Virus record (IMG/VR): IMGVR_UViG_3300025842_000008
Direction: 5' to 3' (one strand)
DNA from: a virus
Length of the DNA: 64,000 bases
The translations under genes and the position numbers were made by a program. Below are positions 55,471 to 64,000 of the stretch, piece by piece; the stretch's first letter is position 1; every line of letters starts with the position of its first letter. Below the pieces are notes generated by a model. The model did not search any database, was not told the origin of the DNA, and saw only the letters and a list, made by a program, of their open reading frames with translations.

Positions 55471-55511
55471 AAAAATTTCATTTTTTTTGCAAAAAAAAAT
55501 ATTAATTTGTG

Positions 55512-55808
55512 TTAATTATAACCACTAATCAATTCAAGTTGCTGTTTTAACTGACGATTTTCCTCTTCAAGTTCCTTCATACTTTCTACCCATTTCGGGT
55601 TTGGTGCAAGACGATTGTGACCGCATTCAGGGTTCTTACAGAAGTATGACGCTCTTTCCCAATTCGCACCCCATACTTCACACTCTTTTGAATACAGAAC
55701 TTTCTTGGTCAGTTGACTTTGGTATTTAGCAGGTAAAACAATGGTGATATCAACCATCATATCAATCTTATCACTACCACATTTTACACATCTTGGTATA
55801 TACGACAT
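55512..55808 (-). CDS. Zn-ribbon hypothetical protein
   Basis: CVKCGS..CKNPEC. Confidence 0.7.
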   Translation of the reverse strand: MSYIPRCVKCGSDKIDMMVDITIVLPAKYQSQLTKKVLYSKECEVWGANWERASYFCKNPECGHNRLAPNPKWVESMKELEEENRQLKQQLELISGYN

Positions 55809-55857
55809 TATAAACCCCTATAGAAAGGGGTGACATAAGCCACCCCCTTTATTTGAT

Positions 55858-56712
55858 TTAGATGATGAACAAATCTCCGGCATCAGAAAAGAAATCATCG
55901 ACAACTTTTTCGATACGTTTGTGAGCGGCCGTGAAAATAGGAGAACTGTTACCGCGTCCCGGTCGTTCGGATGCGATTGCCGAAAGAACCGTATATGCAC
56001 CGAAGCGCGTTTGTCGAACTCCGAGACGAGTAAATAGTTGATTATAAGAGTTGATAATTAACCGCGCCTGATTTTCGGACAAATAGCCATTGCGACCACC
56101 ACTTTCATCGACCAGGCCATTAACAAAAGACTCAAATTGCTCACCCGTAAACACCTCTTGATCAAAACGGCGAAACATTTCAGCGGTTTGACGGAAAAGT
56201 TCAAGTTTTGCTGCAAAGTCTTCACGGATACGGGCAACCAGACCGCGTTGAACGTGCGAATAGGTCTGAGTGAACATATTGTTCAAGAAAGTAACATTTC
56301 CGTTATCACGGTATGCGGCAACAGTGAAACCTACACTGGATTTACCATCGTACCCGTTGAAAATTGAAACCTTGGTTTTAATAATTTCATCGCCAATTGA
56401 CATATTGAACTGATCACCATCGAGGATAAAATCACGTTGCCAACGGTTCTGTTTCCAGTTCAGGTGGTCACAAACTGATTCAATCGGAAGATCGGCAAAG
56501 GCTTCTGAGAAAATATCAAAAACCTCTTCGTTCAACATAAGTTTGTAGTGAGGACCAACAGTACCAAGAACTTTACCGTTTTCACCATTCAACAGTGCAT
56601 CACGGTCAACATACAAATCTGTAGGAGTTTCGTCACCTTCATAGGTGAAAGGGGTGAAAAGTTTATTTCGGATTACAGGGTAAAAAGGATTCAATTGATT
56701 AAGAAACTGCAT
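55858..56712 (-). CDS. DUF932-like protein
   Basis: VLGTVGPHYKLMLNEE, IFNGYDGKSS. Confidence 0.75.
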   Translation of the reverse strand: MQFLNQLNPFYPVIRNKLFTPFTYEGDETPTDLYVDRDALLNGENGKVLGTVGPHYKLMLNEEVFDIFSEAFADLPIESVCDHLNWKQNRWQRDFILDGDQFNMSIGDEIIKTKVSIFNGYDGKSSVGFTVAAYRDNGNVTFLNNMFTQTYSHVQRGLVARIREDFAAKLELFRQTAEMFRRFDQEVFTGEQFESFVNGLVDESGGRNGYLSENQARLIINSYNQLFTRLGVRQTRFGAYTVLSAIASERPGRGNSSPIFTAAHKRIEKVVDDFFSDAGDLFII

Positions 56713-56730
56713 TTTTATATCTCCTATTAA

Positions 56731-57003
56731 TTAAAGTTCATAACCTTTGTCGATTGCCCATTTTTTAACATCATCTTTTAACGCATTACTTGCGATAGAG
56801 AATGAATTGGCGACAACTGGTTTGGAATTAGCCCTTACTGATCCAGAAGACCCCAAAAGAATGTACTTTTTATCGCCTTTTGACGTAACCCATTCTAACA
56901 CAGAATATTTGTTTTTGGAAGGAATTTCTTTAGCACCACGGACAGACTCAAAATACATTTTGTATTGTTCTTTGAGGGTGAGGTTTTTAAATAGTTTCGC
57001 CAT
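56731..57003 (-). CDS. Hypothetical protein
   Basis: ORF after a TTGACA-17-TAGTAT promoter. Confidence 0.7.
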   Translation of the reverse strand: MAKLFKNLTLKEQYKMYFESVRGAKEIPSKNKYSVLEWVTSKGDKKYILLGSSGSVRANSKPVVANSFSIASNALKDDVKKWAIDKGYEL

Positions 57004-57072
57004 AACATTTTCCTTTTGTAGAACGAGATAACCCCATACTATCCAAATATGGGGTGAGTGTCAAGGATTTTA

Positions 57073-57555
57073 TTATACACTCCAACCATTTTTATAGCCT
57101 CTTGGTAGTTCAGTGAAACTTCCAGTTGCATTATCAGTATGTTGAGAAATTGCGGATAAAAAGTCCGAAACACGTCTCTGTTGACTTGGATGAAGTGATA
57201 CTTCTGGTTCTCTAATGAAAATTGGCAACCCCTGACCAGCCTTCTGCATCAACTTAATCGGAAGGTCACATAAACCAATAACATGTGCCATAGAGTCTGG
57301 ACGGTCTTGTGGCTGTAGATCACGCTCAATCTGATACCCAAGTATATATTCAATCCATGCATTCGCCACAGGATCAATTTTTACAACACGATTACCATGA
57401 TAACGAGTGTAATCAAAATTGATTTCAATTGCATCAGTTACGTCAACTTGAAGATTCCCTTCATGACAAATAATTGTCAAAGGTTTCGATAGATCCAAAT
57501 CTTCATGGTCAGTCCATTGACCCCCGCCCATTCCACGACTTCTAATTCCTACCAT
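57073..57555 (-). CDS. Hypothetical protein
   Basis: 160 aa ORF; PE..LHPS-Q resembles an AAA_21/ATPase tail. Confidence 0.6.
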   Translation of the reverse strand: MVGIRSRGMGGGQWTDHEDLDLSKPLTIICHEGNLQVDVTDAIEINFDYTRYHGNRVVKIDPVANAWIEYILGYQIERDLQPQDRPDSMAHVIGLCDLPIKLMQKAGQGLPIFIREPEVSLHPSQQRRVSDFLSAISQHTDNATGSFTELPRGYKNGWSV

Positions 57556-57571
57556 TTTTAATACCCCTTTA

Positions 57572-57820
57572 TCAATAAATTGTCAAAGCAACGTTCATAT
57601 TTTCTGGTAGATCCGTTTCGGGTACGCCATAAAACTCTAAAACCTTTTTAATAAGGAGTTCGGCTCTTTCCTGATTGTATATAAGAATTTCTTCCAAGTC
57701 ACCCTCGTAATCACAAGTTTCGTCGATATATCCATCCTTATAGAACGCTCGGTTACCACAACCAAAAGTAATCTTAAAATATGGTGACGGTGTAACTACT
57801 TCGAATGATTTGGGTTCCAT
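57572..57820 (-). CDS. Hypothetical protein
   Basis: ORF track. Confidence 0.6.
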   Translation of the reverse strand: MEPKSFEVVTPSPYFKITFGCGNRAFYKDGYIDETCDYEGDLEEILIYNQERAELLIKKVLEFYGVPETDLPENMNVALTIY

Positions 57821-57870
57821 GTTTTTCTCCTTGTAAAAGTAAGGGGTGACCTTCTGGTCACCCCTTACTT

Positions 57871-60135
57871 TTATTGAACAATCAGACCGTTCTGATCAGC
57901 GGTTACAGTGATAGTATCACCGTTTTTAATTTGGCCACTAAGAAGGGCTTTACCGATCTGAGTTTCGAGAGTGCCACTCAAATACCGTTTGAGAGGTCTT
58001 GCCCCGTAGATAGGGTCATACGCAACATCTGCTACATAATTTTTAGCCTCATCGGTGATTTCCAGTTTGATTTGTCGATCTTCCAAACGCTTACGAATAT
58101 CACTCAGAAGAAATCCAACGATAATCTTGACATTATCTTTAGTTAAAGGTTTGAACAAAATAATATCATCAACACGGTTCAGAAATTCAGGTCGAAACCC
58201 CCTTTTAAGGTCTTCAAATACCCGATTACGAGTAGAATCTTTAATCTCACCCCAACCGTCAATTCCTGTAAGCAAATGTTGACTTCCAATATTGCTTGTC
58301 ATGATAATAACAGTATTTTTAAAATCAACAGTGCGACCTTGACCATCAGTAATACGACCATCATCCAGAACTTGAAGAAGAACATTAAAAACATCAGGGT
58401 GAGCCTTTTCAATTTCATCAAAAAGAATGACACTGAACGGTTTTCTACGAACCTTCTCAGTCAATTGACCCCCATCATCAAATCCGACGTAACCCGGAGG
58501 GGCACCAATCATACGGGAAACACTATGTTTTTCCATATACTCAGACATATCAATACGGATGATATTCTGCTCAGTATCGAACATAACTTCGGTAAGTGCT
58601 TTAGCCAATTCAGTCTTACCGACCCCTGTTGGTCCAAGAAAAATGAAAGAACCAATGGGACGGTTAGGGTCTTTAATCCCACTACGACTGCGAATCATAG
58701 CTTCACTAACCAATTGCACAGCTTCATCCTGACCCACGAGACGTTTATGTAATTCAACATCGAGATTGAGGATTTTAGAACTCTGATCCTCAGTCATACG
58801 ATCTACAGGAATTCCAGTCCAACGGCTAATTACTTTAGCAATTTCAGCCTCATCAATAGAATCATGAAGAATACTCATATCACCGATGTTTTTGATGTAG
58901 TTGTGTAGTTCGAATTCTATCTGAACAATAATTTCATACTTCAATTCACTGGCTCGATCTAATTGATTAAGACGTTCACAAGTTTCCAACTCTTTACGAG
59001 CGGTTTCCAATTTAGAGCGAAGTTCGACCAGATTTTTAATGTTATCTTTTTCTTCACTCCATTGATCTTGAAGAATTTTTTGTTCGATTAACAAAAGATC
59101 TCTTTCTTCACGAATTTTGCCAAGACGAACAACAGACAAACCATCGTCTTCTTTCATTAAAGATTTTTCTTCGATGGTAAGTTGTTGAATTCTACGAGTC
59201 ACACCATCAAGTTCTGCTGGAGAGGAATCAAGTTCAGTTCGAACTTGGGCACATGCCTCATCCACAAGATCAATAGCTTTATCAGGGAGAAAACGATCAC
59301 TAATGTATCGATGGCTTAGTTTGGCGGCCGCAATCAAAGCGTTATCTCGAACCGTGACCCCATGATAAATCTCATAAGTCTCTTTCAACCCCCGAAGAAT
59401 GCTAACAGTATCATCGACATTAGGCTGATCGACCAAAATAGTCTGAAAACGCCTAGATAAAGCGGCGTCTTTTTCTACCCCGGTACGATACTCATCCAAA
59501 GTAGTAGCGCCAATACAACGGAGTTCGCCACGAGCCAGCATGGGTTTCAGCATGTTACCAAAGTCAACGCCATTAGAGGAACCCATACCAACCATGTTGT
59601 GAATTTCATCAATAAACAACATGACTTTGCCCTCACGCTCACGAACCGCATCAAGGACAAATTTCACCCGTTCCTCGAGTTCACCTTGGTGTTTAGTTCC
59701 TGCCATGAGAGAACCAAGATCTAAAGAATAAATAACCTTTTCTTTTAGACCATCAGGAACATCACCAGAAACAATACGTTGTGCCAGACCCTCAACAACG
59801 GAAGTTTTACCAACACCCGGCTCACCAATGAGGACAGGGTTGTTTTTTGTTTTGCGAGATAGAATGCGAATCATACGGCGGATTTCATCATCACGACCGA
59901 TAACCGGATCAAGATGACCTTGACGGGATTCTTCGACAAGATCACGCCCAAAAATCAACATATTATCATTGATAAGACGATCATCTACAGGGGCATCAGC
60001 CACCTCTACACGGAAATGATCAGGTCTTGATACTTGTCGTTGATCACCTGACAATCGACCAATAAAATTATTATCAAAAGTTCTTTCATTCTCAATATTT
60101 GTGGACCAAACCATAATAATTCCCTTTCGTTTCAA
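57871..60135 (-). CDS. clpB: ClpB-like AAA+ disaggregase lacking the N-terminal domain (likely start 60114)
   Basis: [22 protein letters not shown]-domain coiled coil, [21 protein letters not shown]. Confidence 0.95.
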   Translation of the reverse strand: MKRKGIIMVWSTNIENERTFDNNFIGRLSGDQRQVSRPDHFRVEVADAPVDDRLINDNMLIFGRDLVEESRQGHLDPVIGRDDEIRRMIRILSRKTKNNPVLIGEPGVGKTSVVEGLAQRIVSGDVPDGLKEKVIYSLDLGSLMAGTKHQGELEERVKFVLDAVREREGKVMLFIDEIHNMVGMGSSNGVDFGNMLKPMLARGELRCIGATTLDEYRTGVEKDAALSRRFQTILVDQPNVDDTVSILRGLKETYEIYHGVTVRDNALIAAAKLSHRYISDRFLPDKAIDLVDEACAQVRTELDSSPAELDGVTRRIQQLTIEEKSLMKEDDGLSVVRLGKIREERDLLLIEQKILQDQWSEEKDNIKNLVELRSKLETARKELETCERLNQLDRASELKYEIIVQIEFELHNYIKNIGDMSILHDSIDEAEIAKVISRWTGIPVDRMTEDQSSKILNLDVELHKRLVGQDEAVQLVSEAMIRSRSGIKDPNRPIGSFIFLGPTGVGKTELAKALTEVMFDTEQNIIRIDMSEYMEKHSVSRMIGAPPGYVGFDDGGQLTEKVRRKPFSVILFDEIEKAHPDVFNVLLQVLDDGRITDGQGRTVDFKNTVIIMTSNIGSQHLLTGIDGWGEIKDSTRNRVFEDLKRGFRPEFLNRVDDIILFKPLTKDNVKIIVGFLLSDIRKRLEDRQIKLEITDEAKNYVADVAYDPIYGARPLKRYLSGTLETQIGKALLSGQIKNGDTITVTADQNGLIVQ

Positions 60136-60150
60136 TTAACAATGAAATTT

Positions 60151-60179
60151 ATCCTAACAGTGAGAATGCACGTTGTCAA
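60151..60179 (-). promoter_or_regulatory. sigma70 promoter for clpB
   Basis: TTGACA-17-TAGGAT. Confidence 0.7.
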
Positions 60180-60187
60180 CAAAAAAA

Positions 60188-60466
60188 TCAACGATATATA
60201 ACAACACAATTACAAAAATAATCCTCAAAATGATCATTAAAAATTTGAACTAGATTCTCATGATCACCAGATTTCATCTCATCAAGAATAAGATTAATAT
60301 CATCCCTGTCAAAACCAATTTGTCTGCCTATTTTTTGAGCAATATCCAACAAAACATTTGCATCATCAAGGGATCCCGATGAATATATTTCAATATATTT
60401 GGGATTCCTTTTATACTTGATCATTTTTCGGAGAACCTTTCTTGATTTTATTAGGTTTAATGACAA
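60188..60466 (-). CDS. Hypothetical protein
   Basis: ORF track. Confidence 0.55.
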   Translation of the reverse strand: MSLNLIKSRKVLRKMIKYKRNPKYIEIYSSGSLDDANVLLDIAQKIGRQIGFDRDDINLILDEMKSGDHENLVQIFNDHFEDYFCNCVVIYR

Positions 60467-60598
60467 GGAAATCTTGTTGCTTACGAGGAACGTATGATGG
60501 TCGTTTTAAGTCGTCAGAACGGTATCCCATGATTTTTTCCTTTCGTCAATCGGTTACGATTTAATATACCAAAATTCGATCAGGGATGCAAGGTAAAT

Positions 60599-60919
60599 TT
60601 ATTGAGAGTCGCTTTTTTTATTAATAGATTCGCCTATTAATGATACAGCCTTTAGGGGTAACACACCATCCACCAACTTATCTCTCACTAAATCCCGAAT
60701 TATTTTAATATTTTTAAGACCTATAGATTTAGTTGTCATTCTGGGAAGCTTTAGCATCGAGATAGGAAAAAATTTACTCTCAATGTTATGACCATTATTA
60801 TATCGAATCAACACCATTTTTATATTGTCATTTGAACCGAATGATAGATATGTATCTTTGTTTATCCTAATAATACCAGTACCATTCTTGGTTATTTCAA
60901 ACTTCATACATCTCCTCAT
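60599..60919 (-). CDS. Hypothetical protein
   Basis: ORF track. Confidence 0.55.
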   Translation of the reverse strand: MRRCMKFEITKNGTGIIRINKDTYLSFGSNDNIKMVLIRYNNGHNIESKFFPISMLKLPRMTTKSIGLKNIKIIRDLVRDKLVDGVLPLKAVSLIGESINKKSDSQ

Positions 60920-60950
60920 ATTTTACATGGTAATAATTCTAACGCATCTC

Positions 60951-61793
60951 TCATGAAAAGTAATTAACTATTCTTTTTGCTACATTCTTAACATTACATT
61001 CAGGGAGATATATATCCAAATTTTTATATATATCACATATAGAACCAAAAGATATCTTATCCCATGTCTTCAATATATATTCCACATCAAAATCGGTACC
61101 CACCACCATACCATCAAATACCGAATGATACCATCTATGTTCTATCGGTAACAACGGTAAAATACCACTTTCCAGATAATTGAATAGATAGGGATCAAGT
61201 CTACCTGTTTGATATTCATGATCGGTTCCAAGTAGTATCAGTGACTTAATATCAAAGTTTATTGATTCTGATGTGATATTAATACCCATCTCCTCAACTT
61301 TTCGATTGATTGTCTGATTTCCAACTGAATCAAAAAACAAAACATCATATCCACCCAACTCTGACATTGGTTGATAGTATCTTTTAAATGTAGATAACTT
61401 TTTTGTCAAAGGTGACATATACACTAAATCAACACCAGTTGGCTTATCTATCAACGGTATTTTATCAGGAGTTTTTATTTCACCCCATACAGGCTGGTAT
61501 GAAAAAAACATTCTATCACTAACGGATGATTCCCATAAAAATGCGCCCTCGGACACCAGAAAACTAGCTTCATCAGGACTAATCTTCTGGTCTCCATCAA
61601 ATATGATCATGGGTAATTTATTCTTAATGCACTTCTCTATCATATTGGTCTGTCTGACGAATAGACTTTTATTGTCAGGGGTGGACCATTGTATAAATAC
61701 ACCTTTAGGTTTGTCAACAACGTCAACAACATCACATATTTTTGATAACTCAACAGTCAACCCATCATCAATATTGTTCACCGCTATGTTCAT
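60951..61793 (-). CDS. Hypothetical protein, possible glycosyltransferase-like C-terminus
   Basis: GRLDPYLFNYLESGILPL resembles a GT1/CgeB-type motif; weak. Confidence 0.45.
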   Translation of the reverse strand: MNIAVNNIDDGLTVELSKICDVVDVVDKPKGVFIQWSTPDNKSLFVRQTNMIEKCIKNKLPMIIFDGDQKISPDEASFLVSEGAFLWESSVSDRMFFSYQPVWGEIKTPDKIPLIDKPTGVDLVYMSPLTKKLSTFKRYYQPMSELGGYDVLFFDSVGNQTINRKVEEMGINITSESINFDIKSLILLGTDHEYQTGRLDPYLFNYLESGILPLLPIEHRWYHSVFDGMVVGTDFDVEYILKTWDKISFGSICDIYKNLDIYLPECNVKNVAKRIVNYFS

Positions 61794-62197
61794 TATTTTT
61801 CCTTTTTTTTCGGATTATCCTTATTTGAAGTTGCATGGTTTTTACAAATATGCATCTTTAATGCATGTAAAGTTTCGTAATGATCAGCACCACACCACGG
61901 ACACAACATCTTATGAACAACTTTTTCTTCTGGTGGTGGTGGAGTTAACATTTCAAGGAGTTGAGGGGTTACAGCGTGAATCTCCTCACGGCTTTCAAAA
62001 TTATTCATCCTATATCCCGGTAGATTGCCTACCCTCATTTTCACATACGTCATCGCATCAGCTTGATCCTTACCTAACAAATATAACTTATAAGTTGAAT
62101 CATCAGTCTCATAGTTTACCACAAATACTTGCATTTTATTCCTCCAGTTTTTCATATACAGGTCTGTAATTAACAACACCCGTCTCATCATTAACAT
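61793..62197 (-). CDS. C2H2 zinc-finger protein (likely start MQVFV)
   Basis: CPWC..H....H. Confidence 0.65.
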   Translation of the reverse strand: MLMMRRVLLITDLYMKNWRNKMQVFVVNYETDDSTYKLYLLGKDQADAMTYVKMRVGNLPGYRMNNFESREEIHAVTPQLLEMLTPPPPEEKVVHKMLCPWCGADHYETLHALKMHICKNHATSNKDNPKKKEK

Positions 62198-62351
62198 CAG
62201 TAACCAAATAATATGTAATTAAATCACCAACTTTCTTTGAATCTTTTTGGGATAAGATGCTATTTCCAGTAAGAAATCTATCCCCCGGATTTAATTTATA
62301 TTTCGTTAAATCTCGAATTTCAATTAATTCACTGAAAATCATCGATCTCAT
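62136..62351 (-). CDS. Small hypothetical protein
   Basis: ORF track. Confidence 0.55.
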   Translation of the reverse strand: MRSMIFSELIEIRDLTKYKLNPGDRFLTGNSILSQKDSKKVGDLITYYLVTDVNDETGVVNYRPVYEKLEE

Positions 62352-62521
62352 TTAAATTCTCCGTTTTGCTTATAATTAAATCTAACCTCTTATCCATCTT
62401 TTTAACAAATTGATTATACTCATCATTCAAAGTGTATAACTCTTCCAACAACTTCTCTTTTTGTTCTTCCTCTTTTATCATTTTAAATTGAGCCATATAT
62501 TACCTCCTTAATCCACTCGGA

Positions 62522-63598
62522 TTATTCTATTGGCTCACTACTACCTAATTCGTCTTCAAGTTGTGCATTCTGTGTACTATAACCCTTTGTTTTTAACACG
62601 TTTTCTATACCCTCCAACAAAGGTTTTGGGTCTTGTTGAAGGATTGCTTCGTATAGTTTACCTTCGCCTTGTGCCTTAATATCCATACACGGAATTGTAT
62701 ACCACGACCCACCCTTCTCGATCAGACCCATTTCAGTAGCAACGGACACGATACCTGCCATTTTATTAACACCATTCTGGTAGTTTATTTCAAATAATGC
62801 TTCTTGGAATGGGGGTGCAAAACGGTTTTTGATAGTTGCGGCATGAATCTCCGTACCCAAAACTGCTCCACGCGCAGCGGCCTTTGCGTTTGGATTTTCA
62901 TATAAAAGGAATTTCTTTAGGGTTATAATATAGTCTGCAGCAAGTCTCGGATACTTACCGCCACCAATCTGTTCAGGGTCACCATAACCACTTGGATTGC
63001 CGTAATAATGACCAGCAGAAAAAGCGATACTGTCTTGGAATTTAACAATATCAACCATTGTCTTCATCATGGCTTTGATTTTCTTCTGCAAGGAACCTTG
63101 GTCGGCTTTAATATCACCCTTGTCTGCATCATCTACGACCTTGTTAGAACTCAATGCTCCTATGGAATCCAAAGCAATGGCGAGTTTTGTGAACCCTTCT
63201 GATTTAATATTGGCAAGATCACGGTGAATATCCTCAACACTGGAAGAGTTAATAACCATAGCCTTAGTTGCATCAAGACCCCAACGCGAAACGAACTCCG
63301 CTGTCCATGCACCTTCCGCATTAATGATGATGGGGGTATATCCAAGCTTCTGTGCTGCGGCAAGGTTCAAACACATAAATGATGATTTACCTGACGCCTC
63401 TGGTCCCACAAGAAGCGTGTGTGTCTTTTCAGCGACACCTTTATATAAAGAACCCGACAATATTCTATTCAGGTCATATGTTGGAGTAAACAGCCATGTA
63501 TTTATCTGTGCAACCTCACTTTCAGAAAGAACCATGACTCTTTTGCCTTTACTGGCATCCATGAGTTTCTTTTTGATATCTTCAAAAACATCTGACAT
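62522..63598 (-). CDS. uvsX: UvsX/RecA-like recombinase
   Basis: GPEASGKS, DSIGAL, GGK, KNRFAPPF, GSWY. Confidence 0.93.
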   Translation of the reverse strand: MSDVFEDIKKKLMDASKGKRVMVLSESEVAQINTWLFTPTYDLNRILSGSLYKGVAEKTHTLLVGPEASGKSSFMCLNLAAAQKLGYTPIIINAEGAWTAEFVSRWGLDATKAMVINSSSVEDIHRDLANIKSEGFTKLAIALDSIGALSSNKVVDDADKGDIKADQGSLQKKIKAMMKTMVDIVKFQDSIAFSAGHYYGNPSGYGDPEQIGGGKYPRLAADYIITLKKFLLYENPNAKAAARGAVLGTEIHAATIKNRFAPPFQEALFEINYQNGVNKMAGIVSVATEMGLIEKGGSWYTIPCMDIKAQGEGKLYEAILQQDPKPLLEGIENVLKTKGYSTQNAQLEDELGSSEPIE

Positions 63599-63655
63599 AT
63601 TTCATACCTCACATTTTATTTATGTTATAATACACATTTATACTATATATGTAAA

Positions 63656-63946
63656 TCAATAATCCCCGTAAAAGTTACTTGAGTTCTCTTGATAGTGATC
63701 TATCTCATCTTGAGGATCAAAATTGTTAAAAGTATACGAAACTCCATTGGTAAAACGATCCAATGTATCATAAAAATCCGATAAGGTTACACCCCAATGA
63801 ATATCATCTGTGTAGGTAAATGTATTACCCCCTTTAAGATGTGCGGTAATGCGACATAATTTATCATTAATCCTTTCAAACTCCATCTCATCAACGTTTT
63901 CACGATGGAAATAATCTTGTAGTATACTTTCAAACTCCGTACTCAT
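63656..63946 (-). CDS. Hypothetical protein
   Basis: ORF track. Confidence 0.6.
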   Translation of the reverse strand: MSTEFESILQDYFHRENVDEMEFERINDKLCRITAHLKGGNTFTYTDDIHWGVTLSDFYDTLDRFTNGVSYTFNNFDPQDEIDHYQENSSNFYGDY

Positions 63947-64000
63947 AAGTCAAGATCTCCCTATAGATATAAATTGTTTTACCGTTCTGGTCTTTTGCCA

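Noticed and set aside
61603-62169. 188-aa plus-strand ORF and many similar short antisense ORFs (e.g. 29582..30022, 58276..58752)
   Set aside because: Shadow ORFs opposite well-supported minus-strand genes

Overview
A 64 kb, AT-rich, gene-dense segment of a large T4-related (myovirus/jumbo-like) dsDNA phage genome, standard genetic code. Almost everything is on the minus strand; the exception is a plus-strand uvsY-uvsW block at 6.6-12.2 kb. Core genes: gp41 helicase, UvsY, UvsW, gp45/44/62 clamp and loader, HU, gp61 primase, class II RNR, dUTPase, RNase H, resolvase, gp32, ThyX and UvsX. There is also a holin/spanin cassette, a GH108 endolysin, about 25 tRNA genes and several large structured non-coding regions. 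Both sigma70-type promoters and T4-type late promoters (TATAAATA) are recognisable. Standout systems: (1) a phage-encoded four-gene ubiquitin-like conjugation cassette (Ubl ending VAG-A, putative E2, minimal ThiF/E1 with no obvious catalytic Cys, JAB peptidase) at 15.7-18.8 kb; (2) a UvsW helicase broken into three ORFs, first by a split intein carrying a free-standing homing endonuclease, then by an MTase/nuclease cassette; (3) two tandem secreted tri-heme c-type cytochromes, which suggest an anaerobic Desulfobacterota-like host; (4) an APS kinase-nucleotidyltransferase fusion plus a sulfotransferase; (5) a GOLLD-like RNA and a second large ncRNA in an rrn-like operon, and a leader-peptide attenuator upstream of the tRNA array. 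All family calls come from motif recognition by eye; no database searches were run.
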